Shown: in pieces, positions 10,340 to 19,743 of the stretch
Layout: the number at the start of each line of letters is the position of its first letter
Numbering within the stretch: the stretch's first letter is position 1
DNA from: a virus
Taxonomy: Duplodnaviria; Caudoviricetes
DNA length: 64,000 bases
Virus record (IMG/VR): IMGVR_UViG_3300049182_000044
Coordinates: 128,001-192,000 of that record
Direction: 5' to 3' (one strand)
Made by a program: the position numbers and the translations under genes
Notes under the pieces: generated by a model
The model's input: only the letters and a program-made list of their open reading frames with translations
The model's database searches: none
Told to the model about the DNA's origin: nothing

Positions 10340-10780
10340 ATGAATCTCTTACAGATGTACGCACCAAGCCTGGAACGTATTTACGGTAACAGGCTAGTGC
10401 ATTTACGCGAGTCGTTCCACACGATTCTACTCGCGCTTGACAACATCCAGACCTTACTCGATATGCCTTGTCCTGAAGAGGATGACATTGAGTCAAAGTT
10501 TGCTATGTTGTTAGGTAGTACCTATAGGCACTTCGATAAAGAGGTGGCTTATATGTATCGTATCGACTACAAGTGCACTGAGTGTCACATCGACAAACAC
10601 TCCAAGTTCACTACGATGGTTGAGATGTTCAAAATCAACTTCGAGGGTAATACACGCGAAGAAAACTTGAAAGCATTCAGAGACTTACAACGCTGGGTGT
10701 CAGTACATCTGCTAATGGATGACGCGTACTTCGTTCAGGTAGCAACGGACAAGGTTAGCAACTCCTGCGACAAGTGCTAA
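10340..10780 (+). CDS. Hemerythrin-like di-iron protein
   Basis: H27 (or H21)...H64xxxE68...H83xxxH87...H123xxxxD128 matches the hemerythrin ligand spacing; HFxxE..YM and WxxxH motifs. Confidence 0.7.
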   Translation: MNLLQMYAPSLERIYGNRLVHLRESFHTILLALDNIQTLLDMPCPEEDDIESKFAMLLGSTYRHFDKEVAYMYRIDYKCTECHIDKHSKFTTMVEMFKINFEGNTREENLKAFRDLQRWVSVHLLMDDAYFVQVATDKVSNSCDKC

Positions 10781-10787
10781 GACAAGG

Positions 10788-10828
10788 AAAGCCCGAGGAA
10801 CTTAATTGCTCCTCGGGCTTTTCTCTTT
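10788..10828. terminator. Bidirectional Rho-independent terminator
   Basis: AAAGCCCGAGGA / TCCTCGGGCTTT perfect 12-bp stem with T-rich right flank, between convergent gene blocks. Confidence 0.8.
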
Positions 10829-10832
10829 TGGA

Positions 10833-11057
10833 TCAAAGACTACACTTGTCGCCACACCACACTCGTAGCATACATACGCCTCGATGTTCCAGTTCTGCCT
10901 TTATCAGACAGACTGGAATGTCTCTCAGCATACACTCGCCTTCCCAATTTTCCATCAACGTGGTCAGCATCTCCGTAGACATTAACCGAACACGCAATGT
11001 ACCGATGTACGTGTAGAAGACTAACTCTGCACGTTCAGCTTGACTTTTAGTAGCCAT
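10833..11057 (-). CDS. Small hypothetical protein
   Basis: 74-aa ORF at the end of the - strand block. Confidence 0.45.
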   Translation of the reverse strand: MATKSQAERAELVFYTYIGTLRVRLMSTEMLTTLMENWEGECMLRDIPVCLIKAELEHRGVCMLRVWCGDKCSL

Positions 11058-11102
11058 AACTGGTCACCACTCAACTTAGAGGACTACAAGTGCTCCTTAG
11101 CG

Positions 11103-14100
11103 TTACACCAAGGATGCTGCGAATGTGAAGGCCACGTCTTCAAAGGCTGTATCGGTAGTGCCCGTAACAACTGCACTGAAGATATCACCGCGAGCGAACG
11201 TCGTCTCAGCTTCAGCTGTGAAGCCACCTGTATCAGAAGCTGCGGAGAAGATCAACGTACCAAACTCGACTCCGTTCTTACGCAGCGAGATTTGAACGCC
11301 CGCTGCAGCGGCAACACGCGACTTGGAGATGCTGTCGCCCATACCTACTGCGAACTTACAAGCACGTGCCATGACGATGCGAACCACTTCATCGTTTTGA
11401 GCAGGCTTACCCGAGAAGGACGAAGCGAGATCATAAGGAATTGCCGCAACCTTTTGATCGGTGTAGGTTCCTGCGGCTGTAGTAGCTGCTTGTTGAGCAG
11501 CCGCTTTAGCTGCATCAACGTACTGCTTTGGAGCTGCTTCGAGATCAGCTTCAGGATCAGCTGCAAGTACGAGCGGACCTGTCAGTGTGTCACCATCAAT
11601 GTTGATGTAACGTGCATCAGTGAAGGCTGTGTCGAGCGCAACGCCAGTAGCTGAAACCGAAATACCTGCGTCACCAACAACTGCGAGGGCTGCACCTGCA
11701 CCACCACTCAGGCCGTTACCTGCAACGGACGTAGCGAGTTCAACTTCAGACACGCCTGCCGACCCAACCTTCAGGCCATTCGCGCCTACTGCCAACGATG
11801 TGCCGTCGAGCTTGACTGCAAGTTGTGCATTAGTACCTGTCGAAGACGTAGAACCGTTTTCAGTCAGGAACAAGCCACCTGTTGCACGAACATCGATGCC
11901 AACTTCATCAGTCGGAAGCTGTGCAATACCAGCACCGAGATTCACATCGAACTGATTGCCAACCGTGACCAAGCCGATACCTGCGGTGATCGTCTGCGCG
12001 CCATTGAACTGAACAAACGTTACCGGCGTAGTACCCAGCACATCAGTTGTCTTGGCCGTGCAGGTGAATGCTTTGGAACCGTTTGTAGTACCATTGCGCA
12101 CATAGATCGCAGCCTTAGCGAGTTCTTCGATAGCGTCTGCGTCTTCAGTACGAACCCAAGTACCGTTAGAACCAGTACCGAGTACGTTCACCGTGTACAA
12201 GCCATTTTCAGAAGGAGTAACAGCGTCTTTCACGAGAACGCGATCAGCAACTTGCAAAGTCACGCCATCGACAACCTTCGGAGCGCCACCGTTCAAGGTC
12301 TTGCCGCCAGACAGTGCCGTCATTGCGTAGACTTTAGTAACGCCTGCGCCGTTGCCCTCAGCAGAAGCTGTAACCAGTGACGATGCGCCTACGTGAGCGT
12401 TCACTGCATCGCGCACTTGAGCCGCAGTCGAAGCGATATCTTCTTCAGCACCGCCAGTCAGGTTGATGAATGCCTGCGCAACAGCAACACCCGAACCGTC
12501 ACCTTCAACTGTTGCATCGACGAGAGCCGTAGCTGCGTTGACTGCATCCGCTACTTCTTGAGCTGTGGATACGATTGCGAAGACTGCACCACCAGACAGA
12601 TTTGACATGGACTGAGCCAGCACGTAGCCTTGACCGTCACCAGTAGCACTCGCATTCAGGAGAGCTGCAGCTGCACCATGCGCGTTCACAGCGATTGCAA
12701 CCGCACCTGCCGTCGAAGTGATAAGGAAGTTCTCACCGCCGTTACCGAGATTGGTGAAAGCCGCTACAGCAGCCGTACCAGTACCGTCACCACCTGCGGA
12801 GGCCGTGACCAGTGTCGAAGCATCTTCATCCAGGTTGACAGCATCTGCAACTGCTTGAGCAGTAGACGAAACCGTGAAGTTTGCACCGCCAGACAGATTA
12901 GTGAAGCCGGCCGCAACTGCAATGTCAGCACCCGTGCCTTCGTAGATAGCATTGACGAGCAGAGAAGCAGTAGGATCCGCTTCAACAGCGTTCGCAACGT
13001 CCAGTGCCGTTGAGGTAACATCGCCTGCAACGTCAGTGGCCAGCGTAACGGTAATGTCATTGCCATTCACACTGATGCTCAGTGCTGTCTCAGGGGCCGG
13101 TACAGCGTGCTCGATACGGATTGAATTACCTGCGAGGCCGCCATTGACTGCAGTGTAGGTCACGCCATCATTTTCAGCTACGCCGCCAAGTGTCAACGAT
13201 GCTGCCGTATTGTCAGTAGTCGCCAAGGTAACTGCAATGTCGTTGCCTGTAACAGCTACGTCCAGCACTTGATTCGGAGCCGCAGCGATTTGGGTCACGC
13301 GAATCGAATTGCCTGTAACGCCTTCAGTGTTTGCCGCATAGGACACAGCACTATTGCCTACACCGATATCCAGGTGAGCTGCGTCACCAGCGTCCGTTGC
13401 CAACGTAACAGTCACATCCGAGCCGGCCACGCTAACAGCCAACGTCTGATCCGGAGCATCAGCGATGTGAGCGACACGAATCGAATTGCCTTCAACACCA
13501 GCTACATCCGCTACATAGACAACTGCTTCGTTCGTAGCATCGTTACCGATAACCAGATCAGCTGCAACGTCAGTGCTTGTTTCGAGCGTAACCGTAATGT
13601 CGTTGCCCGACACGTTGACTGCCAACGCTTGTCCTTGCGTCGAGCCGTTATGTGCAACACGAATCGAATTGCCTGCGATGCCTTCAGCGGCTGCTGTATA
13701 GATGACACCATCGTTAGGTGCACCACCACCAACTGTGACTGCAGCTTGATCGCCAGCAGACAGGCCGAGTGCGACAGTAATGTCGTTGCCTGCGACCGAG
13801 ACAACCGGCTGTGCACCAACTGATCCCAGTACGTGTTCGACACGGATCGAATCGCCAGCAGGACCTACGGTCTTTGCCGAATAGGTAACGTCATCGTTTG
13901 CACCAATGCCACTGACATTCAGTTGCGAAGAAGAGCCGACAGGGCCAGTTGTAGCTGCCACTGCATCATTCTTCCACACCAGGCCGGTAGCTGCATTGTC
14001 AACGTAGTTCTTGTTGACTACGTCCGTCGGGAGGACAGGCGCATCGTTCAGTGTAATCTTTGTGCCGTTCGGCATCACCAGGTTGCCCTGCATTGCGTCA

Positions 14101-14354
14101 CCGGCGACGTTCACCGGAGTGAAACCGAGGGCTTCTTGCTTCGCAGTCCAGTCAGTGATTTGAGCATCGCTTACCGTGCGATGATCCACATCTTCTTTTG
14201 CGTTCTTCAGATGGTTCAGATGAACCACTTCACTGCCAGTGCTGAAGAACACATCTTTGTCAGCTGTGTTAATGGCGATTTCGCCATCCAGCATTTGCTC
14301 CAGAGTAGGTGTGACACCTGTTTGGTTGGACCTACGATGTTGTAGACGGTTCAT
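11103..14354 (-). CDS. Large tail fibre/appendage protein: Mtd_N-like N-terminus, nested 5x repeat stalk, fibre domain, C-terminal beta domain
   Basis: MNRLQHRRS..GEIAINTAD N-terminus. WK..AATT / DGVTLQVADRVLVKD..ENGLY fibre domain split by repeats. Confidence 0.75.
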   Translation of the reverse strand: MNRLQHRRSNQTGVTPTLEQMLDGEIAINTADKDVFFSTGSEVVHLNHLKNAKEDVDHRTVSDAQITDWTAKQEALGFTPVNVAGDAMQGNLVMPNGTKITLNDAPVLPTDVVNKNYVDNAATGLVWKNDAVAATTGPVGSSSQLNVSGIGANDDVTYSAKTVGPAGDSIRVEHVLGSVGAQPVVSVAGNDITVALGLSAGDQAAVTVGGGAPNDGVIYTAAAEGIAGNSIRVAHNGSTQGQALAVNVSGNDITVTLETSTDVAADLVIGNDATNEAVVYVADVAGVEGNSIRVAHIADAPDQTLAVSVAGSDVTVTLATDAGDAAHLDIGVGNSAVSYAANTEGVTGNSIRVTQIAAAPNQVLDVAVTGNDIAVTLATTDNTAASLTLGGVAENDGVTYTAVNGGLAGNSIRIEHAVPAPETALSISVNGNDITVTLATDVAGDVTSTALDVANAVEADPTASLLVNAIYEGTGADIAVAAGFTNLSGGANFTVSSTAQAVADAVNLDEDASTLVTASAGGDGTGTAAVAAFTNLGNGGENFLITSTAGAVAIAVNAHGAAAALLNASATGDGQGYVLAQSMSNLSGGAVFAIVSTAQEVADAVNAATALVDATVEGDGSGVAVAQAFINLTGGAEEDIASTAAQVRDAVNAHVGASSLVTASAEGNGAGVTKVYAMTALSGGKTLNGGAPKVVDGVTLQVADRVLVKDAVTPSENGLYTVNVLGTGSNGTWVRTEDADAIEELAKAAIYVRNGTTNGSKAFTCTAKTTDVLGTTPVTFVQFNGAQTITAGIGLVTVGNQFDVNLGAGIAQLPTDEVGIDVRATGGLFLTENGSTSSTGTNAQLAVKLDGTSLAVGANGLKVGSAGVSEVELATSVAGNGLSGGAGAALAVVGDAGISVSATGVALDTAFTDARYINIDGDTLTGPLVLAADPEADLEAAPKQYVDAAKAAAQQAATTAAGTYTDQKVAAIPYDLASSFSGKPAQNDEVVRIVMARACKFAVGMGDSISKSRVAAAAGVQISLRKNGVEFGTLIFSAASDTGGFTAEAETTFARGDIFSAVVTGTTDTAFEDVAFTFAASLV

Positions 14355-14370
14355 TTGATTCCTCGTGTGG

Positions 14371-15156
14371 TTAAACAGTGATCTTGCGATACAAGCCCAT
14401 TGAAATTACTGCCTTCAAGGTCTCGGTGCTACTTGCATTATGCACCGTTAGGCGGTGAATAAGCGGAGTTGGTAAAAAGCTCGGCTCGGGAGCAGCATGA
14501 GCTGTCGTGTTCGTCCCTAGCATGAGCAACTTATTGATGAAGCGAAGAAAAACAGTTTCTTCAGAATGAATGTGATACGCACCAGTATTCGTCGCGTTCG
14601 GCACCCACGTCCCATTCATCAGGTCGAAGTTACCGTTCATGAAGATCGCAGGATGCGGCACATTAGGAGGGGCAACTATCTCTACCGTGAGATAGCTTCC
14701 CATCTCAGCATTCTGATACGCTAGCGTTCCATCCTTCAGATAGATGTCATCAATGAACTGAATGTCCTTGACTATCGTTTCTCCAGGTGGCACCGCAAAC
14801 ATTAGATCTTCACCGTTACCCCTCGTCACGTCTACTAGATCATCTCCATAGCATGTGAAGTGCCTGTAATGATCTTTCGGACGATCAGAAGCGGTAATGA
14901 TACGCTTACCGTCTTTCGTCAACTGATCCACGTTGTCCATGAGAAGGTTGACTGCCTTTTCGTTGGTGTATAGTGAAACACCATCGTGTAGATGCAGGTA
15001 CCCATGGAACAAGTTGTGGACTAGGTCTTGCGATGCTTTGAAAGCGGTTATTCCGAATTGCAAACCATCGACAGTCTCTCCAGGGCCGATGGTCAGTCCG
15101 TTGAGATCAACTATCTCAACGGACACGCCAGATGGGTTTATGATGTTCCGAATCAT
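14371..15156 (-). CDS. Hypothetical (probable virion) protein, paralog of 15243-16037
   Basis: Shared DQLT(K/R)DGKRI.T.SDRP.DHYR.FT..GDD motif; likely start MIRN at 15156. Confidence 0.6.
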   Translation of the reverse strand: MIRNIINPSGVSVEIVDLNGLTIGPGETVDGLQFGITAFKASQDLVHNLFHGYLHLHDGVSLYTNEKAVNLLMDNVDQLTKDGKRIITASDRPKDHYRHFTCYGDDLVDVTRGNGEDLMFAVPPGETIVKDIQFIDDIYLKDGTLAYQNAEMGSYLTVEIVAPPNVPHPAIFMNGNFDLMNGTWVPNATNTGAYHIHSEETVFLRFINKLLMLGTNTTAHAAPEPSFLPTPLIHRLTVHNASSTETLKAVISMGLYRKITV

Positions 15157-15242
15157 GATGTGTACTACCACTCAGTGGTAGAGCCTCATAAAAGAATCTA
15201 CAAGAGAGCCGCGCTATTGTTTTTCCCGATCTTAACTACAAA

Positions 15243-16037
15243 TTAAAAAGTTATTTTTCGATACATGCCAAGCGTGACTGTCGCACGAATGGTTTCGGTC
15301 GAGCTTGCGTTATGAATACTCAATCGCACAATCCATCCTTTTGGGATGAAATTCGGTTCAGTGGTCTCAATGTTCTCTCGTTGTCGGCCCATCCCGAACA
15401 TAGCCATCTTGTTGATGAAGCGATGCACCAGGGTCTCTTGTGGCAAAATGAAATACTTACCTGTATTCGTAGCATTTGGCACCCAAGCGCCATCCACATA
15501 ATCGAAATTACCGTTTGCATTCTTTGCTGGGAAGGGCATGTTTGCAGGAACGAATAAATCGACGCGCAGCCACGACCCCATTTCAGCGTCGTAATATATC
15601 ATCGACCCATCTTTTAGATAGGTGTCGTCGATGAAGCGCACTTCAAGAGTCTGGTCCGAACTAGGAAGGACAGTGTACTGCAAGCACTGACCGTCGCCTC
15701 GAGTCTGCAAATCCCAATCGTCACCACAGGTGGTGAAGTACCTGTAGTGATCCTGAGGGCGATCGGATGTAGTGACGATACGCTTTCCGTCTCTCGTCAA
15801 CTGGTCGGGCGAGAAGCCCTTAACCAAATCGACTGCTCTTTGACCCGTGTAATCTTTAGTACCGTCATTGACTTTCAGATTTCCATCTACGATGGCGTTG
15901 ATTACATCCAGCGAGTTTTTCAGCGCCATTTCACCGAACATCAAACCATCGACGGTTTCACCCGCCTCTATGGTCAGCCCGTTAAAGTCCGTCAAGACTA
16001 ACTGTGCTTGACTTATGTTGGTTAAGTTGCGAATCAC
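15243..16037 (-). CDS. Hypothetical (probable virion) protein, paralog of 14371-15156
   Basis: Colinear similarity over the full length; both end xGMYRKITx / xGLYRKITx. Confidence 0.6.
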   Translation of the reverse strand: MIRNLTNISQAQLVLTDFNGLTIEAGETVDGLMFGEMALKNSLDVINAIVDGNLKVNDGTKDYTGQRAVDLVKGFSPDQLTRDGKRIVTTSDRPQDHYRYFTTCGDDWDLQTRGDGQCLQYTVLPSSDQTLEVRFIDDTYLKDGSMIYYDAEMGSWLRVDLFVPANMPFPAKNANGNFDYVDGAWVPNATNTGKYFILPQETLVHRFINKMAMFGMGRQRENIETTEPNFIPKGWIVRLSIHNASSTETIRATVTLGMYRKITF

Positions 16038-16038
16038 T

Positions 16039-18027
16039 TTAATTCCTCCAAGAGATTTCTAGGACTATTAGCGGATTTGCCACGTTAGATGACGCAGCTA
16101 GATACACTGAAAGAGCGTGGTGCATATCAAGAGGCACGCTAAGGTTTGGAATCTCCAAATGATTTAATCCTGCGTTTAACGTCAGAGTAAGGATCGTGCC
16201 TCCTACGTCTGTACGGAGCTGAAATTCAGCTGGATCGTTCAGTGCCTTTGAGGACTGGATCACCGCCCCACGAATCAAAGCATTGCGTGGCATGATAAAG
16301 CCAGTAGTGTTAGACGGAACGACACCAGCAGTATTTAAATACGCGTTACGTGTACCGTTGGTGCTCAATGCAAACACATACGTCCCGGACACGATCGAGG
16401 TCAACACGTTACCAACAGGCTCGTAGTACGCAGGCATACTGTTAGCCAACGTCAGTAATTGCCCAGGCAACATCTTACCGTCTGCTCCTAATGTTGCTAC
16501 ACCTCCATTCGCACCAAGGGTAGTTACCTGTACGAAATCCTCAGCACTCTTCCCATCTAGTTGGTCGGCATTGAAGCCTGAGACCTTTTGACCTTGTGCA
16601 TTCGGACCAAGTATGAGAGGCGCACCCGGTGAACTTGGGTTTAGGGTATGAACAGCGGTGATGCTCCGACTCTCGCTAACGTGCATGTACTGGGGATGTG
16701 CGTCATCGAGCAGGCCAGACAGTGTTCCATGGTCTGCAGTGGCAATAGCGGCGATGCTCACATGAGACACGCTGCGCAAGTCGGTCACATCGACTAGTCT
16801 GGCCTTTGCTAAGTTGGTGTAGGTCGAACTGGTCTCGAAGATAAGACGATACAGTGTTCGGAATTCCAAGAACGGCATGACACCGAAGTCCAAACTGCTG
16901 AAAGAGCAATTCGAGCGCGCTTCGTCAAGTGTATTGTCTTCCCGTTGTCCGGACATGAGAAGAATCGGACTGCGGAGATCGTTTGTAGCGATCACCCAGT
17001 ACGCGATGAACTTCCCATCAGCAGAAGCGTCGGTCATGCCCCAGTAGTTGCCACCGCCGTCCTTGCTGTTATACTTCAAGCGTGTTCCAACTACCAAGGG
17101 CTCCGCACTAGCTGGCATATCCTCCCACTCACTAAGCCCATATCTATGCAAGCAGCGCAGGCTGGCTACTGGGGAAAGGACTTGTTCAAATGGATTGACC
17201 GGACTAGCGGCATGAACTATGCTGTGATACAGGTCTTCATCCGCAATTCGACCATTCGAGATACTGAATCGGTAATCCGAATTGCTGTTGCCTGTTCCAG
17301 TCAACGTGAAATTACCTAGTGCCAGTCCATTGACATACTTACACCCTTGAGTGGTGTGCAGGTAGCTATGAGTGGCGGAATCCATCGAACATCCATGGCG
17401 TTCTTCACCAACGATGACCGCGCGCTGCAGTGTAGTGTTCCAAGTGATTTCACAGATCGGCACCTGCTTCGTTATGTTCCAAGCAGATTGGGTAGCGGTC
17501 AGTATTCCGGATTCATTGAAGTACACAAACCACTGGCCTGAAACGTCACCGATCTGAATTGACTCTGGAACAGTTCGCGTGTACTTCGTCCCTTTGAGGT
17601 AGAACGAATATTCAGTTGGGTTAGGAGCTATGGTTGCCGTTCGGGTTGCGTTATCAAACGAGATAGTACATTTCGTTCGGTCTACGAAACCCGTAGGTTC
17701 ATTCACATCGAGATTTATCTGAACAAGACGGCTAAGTTCCGCTTGATCTTCAGGGTTCAACTGAGCGATAGTTAGAATCCATCGCCCAGGAGACTCTGAC
17801 AAAAGCTCTGTAGGCTTTAGGTAGTCTTGCCCATCATGTGCTTGCGTCGATTGAGCGTCGAAGCGATAAAGTGCTCCAACATCTTCAACTAGGCGCATTT
17901 GCTTATCAATGACCTGATCTAAAGCTATAGCGATAAGATCGTTAAGTGTTTGAACGGGCATCCCAAAAGACGAGCTGTTTGCAGGTTCGAACCCTAGTGC
18001 ATCTAAAACCATCTTACTGGGTCGCAT
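16039..18027 (-). CDS. Modular tail fibre/appendage protein
   Basis: KQMRLVED.GA.YRFDAQS module shared with 19744 ORF; HxQY..GFNADxLDG module shared with 18044 ORF. Confidence 0.6.
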   Translation of the reverse strand: MRPSKMVLDALGFEPANSSSFGMPVQTLNDLIAIALDQVIDKQMRLVEDVGALYRFDAQSTQAHDGQDYLKPTELLSESPGRWILTIAQLNPEDQAELSRLVQINLDVNEPTGFVDRTKCTISFDNATRTATIAPNPTEYSFYLKGTKYTRTVPESIQIGDVSGQWFVYFNESGILTATQSAWNITKQVPICEITWNTTLQRAVIVGEERHGCSMDSATHSYLHTTQGCKYVNGLALGNFTLTGTGNSNSDYRFSISNGRIADEDLYHSIVHAASPVNPFEQVLSPVASLRCLHRYGLSEWEDMPASAEPLVVGTRLKYNSKDGGGNYWGMTDASADGKFIAYWVIATNDLRSPILLMSGQREDNTLDEARSNCSFSSLDFGVMPFLEFRTLYRLIFETSSTYTNLAKARLVDVTDLRSVSHVSIAAIATADHGTLSGLLDDAHPQYMHVSESRSITAVHTLNPSSPGAPLILGPNAQGQKVSGFNADQLDGKSAEDFVQVTTLGANGGVATLGADGKMLPGQLLTLANSMPAYYEPVGNVLTSIVSGTYVFALSTNGTRNAYLNTAGVVPSNTTGFIMPRNALIRGAVIQSSKALNDPAEFQLRTDVGGTILTLTLNAGLNHLEIPNLSVPLDMHHALSVYLAASSNVANPLIVLEISWRN

Positions 18028-18043
18028 TTGCTGCTCCTACATA

Positions 18044-19669
18044 TCAATAGTACTGAGTGATCGACCAGCCAGAAGGATTGACTCCACCGAAGGTATTTGT
18101 TTGACCGCGGCCGAGGTACCACGTACCAGCCGTAGTGCCGACACGAATCGAGTACGTTACGGGACTTGTTGTATTAGGCTCGTCGATTATCTTCAACGAA
18201 AATGGCTGAAGCTGTCCAGCAGTCTTAAGAAAGACTGAACTCATGCCGATGAATGTCGTACCTCGGAACACAGCGATGTTGACTGTAGAGCCGTTTGACG
18301 AGCAATCGACGATTCCTGCGAACTCGATATCCAGCTTCGATGTGAGCGCCGAAGGTGTTAATGTCTGAGACACGACCTGCGTGCCCATGATCGTAGTCGG
18401 AGCAGTGGTGGAGACGTTCATCGTCGTGTTTCCACTCTGCTGAGCTACGCTACCTGCATATACTGCGGTCACAGCAGTCTGAGCTGTCGCAGGCAAATAC
18501 GTAGGGTCGATCTTGCCCGTAGCGTCGAGACCCGCGTAGCCATTTACTTGATTCTTGTTCGCAGCATTTTCAGGCGTGAAGCCAAGGGCCGCAGTCAAAG
18601 CGGTAGCTGACAGGTATAGAGCATCGATCTTTGCTGTTGCATCAAGACCAACGTAGCCATTAGCTGCGTTCTTGTTTGCAGCATTCTCAGGTGTGAACCC
18701 AAGAGCTGGCTGGGCAGTGAATCCAAGGGCAGGTTCTGGAGTGAAGCCGAGAGCAGTGGTCACGTTGGCACTGGTTATCTCACTGCGAATCGTGGCACTT
18801 GATTTGTTTTCCACGTTACCCAGGCCTACGTCTACGTTCGTCAGAGTGACCGCGCCTTGCCTGCCTGCAACTGAGACGACTGCATCGGTGAACGAGATAG
18901 TACCTGTCGAGCTGTTGTACGAGAGCGAGCCAGTCGCACTGATAGCTGCACGAGCACGAGCATTCGTGAAATACAGATTGGTGTTCTCAGCGATATTGGA
19001 CGTATCCAACGTCACAATACCTTGTTGTCCGTTGACCGAGGTAACCGCCGCGGTTGGGGAGATTAGCTCTTGCCAGTTAGCGAGGACTGTTGGGTCGTTC
19101 GCCTTCAAGATGTAGGACTTCGATTCATCTGTACGAATCGCAACTGAGCCGATGGTCGCACTGGAGAGCGCCAACATTTCAGTTTGAGACGCAACCACAT
19201 AGGTATCCGTTATCGCAATCGAAGGCACTTGGTCAGGATTGAGCTTACCATTTGCATCGAGCGTAGCGACGTTTGTGCCCAGTGTACTGGCGAGAACGAA
19301 GTCCGAGGAATTGTAGCCGTCAAGCAGATCGGAATTGAATCCAGTAACCTTCTGACCCACAGCGTTGGCGCCGAGGATGAAGGGCGCATTAAGCGCAGAC
19401 GGGTTGAAAGTGTGTTGAGCGGATACAGTACGAGAAATGTCCAGATGCACGTACTGCGTATGGTCATCGTTAGTCAGACCTTGCAGACCAGAGTGCGTAC
19501 TGATAGCAGTAAGCTCTGCGTGTTTGGCCACACGATGTACCGAATTGCCTGTACCGAAATAGAGAAGTTCATCAGCGGTATTTATCGCCAATTCACCAGC
19601 CACTACTTGAGCAGCGGTAGGAACCTTGCTCGGTACGTTGCTGCGTTTGAGTAACAACTTGTTCGACAT
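18044..19669 (-). CDS. Tail fibre protein with Mtd_N-like N-terminus and ALGFTPE repeats
   Basis: MSNKLLLKRS..GELAINTAD; VTSVNGQQG / VVSVAGRQG and ALGFTPENAANK repeats. Confidence 0.7.
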   Translation of the reverse strand: MSNKLLLKRSNVPSKVPTAAQVVAGELAINTADELLYFGTGNSVHRVAKHAELTAISTHSGLQGLTNDDHTQYVHLDISRTVSAQHTFNPSALNAPFILGANAVGQKVTGFNSDLLDGYNSSDFVLASTLGTNVATLDANGKLNPDQVPSIAITDTYVVASQTEMLALSSATIGSVAIRTDESKSYILKANDPTVLANWQELISPTAAVTSVNGQQGIVTLDTSNIAENTNLYFTNARARAAISATGSLSYNSSTGTISFTDAVVSVAGRQGAVTLTNVDVGLGNVENKSSATIRSEITSANVTTALGFTPEPALGFTAQPALGFTPENAANKNAANGYVGLDATAKIDALYLSATALTAALGFTPENAANKNQVNGYAGLDATGKIDPTYLPATAQTAVTAVYAGSVAQQSGNTTMNVSTTAPTTIMGTQVVSQTLTPSALTSKLDIEFAGIVDCSSNGSTVNIAVFRGTTFIGMSSVFLKTAGQLQPFSLKIIDEPNTTSPVTYSIRVGTTAGTWYLGRGQTNTFGGVNPSGWSITQYY

Positions 19670-19704
19670 ATCTATGTCCTTGTCTCATGTCAAATGTGAG
19701 GAAA

Positions 19705-19730
19705 GCGCTAGGACTATGAAGCCCTAGCGC
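19705..19730 (-). terminator. Possible terminator hairpin
   Basis: GCGCTAGG / CCTAGCGC stem followed by TTTC on the - strand, after the 19744 gene. Confidence 0.4.
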
Positions 19731-19743
19731 AATTCAGTTCTTA

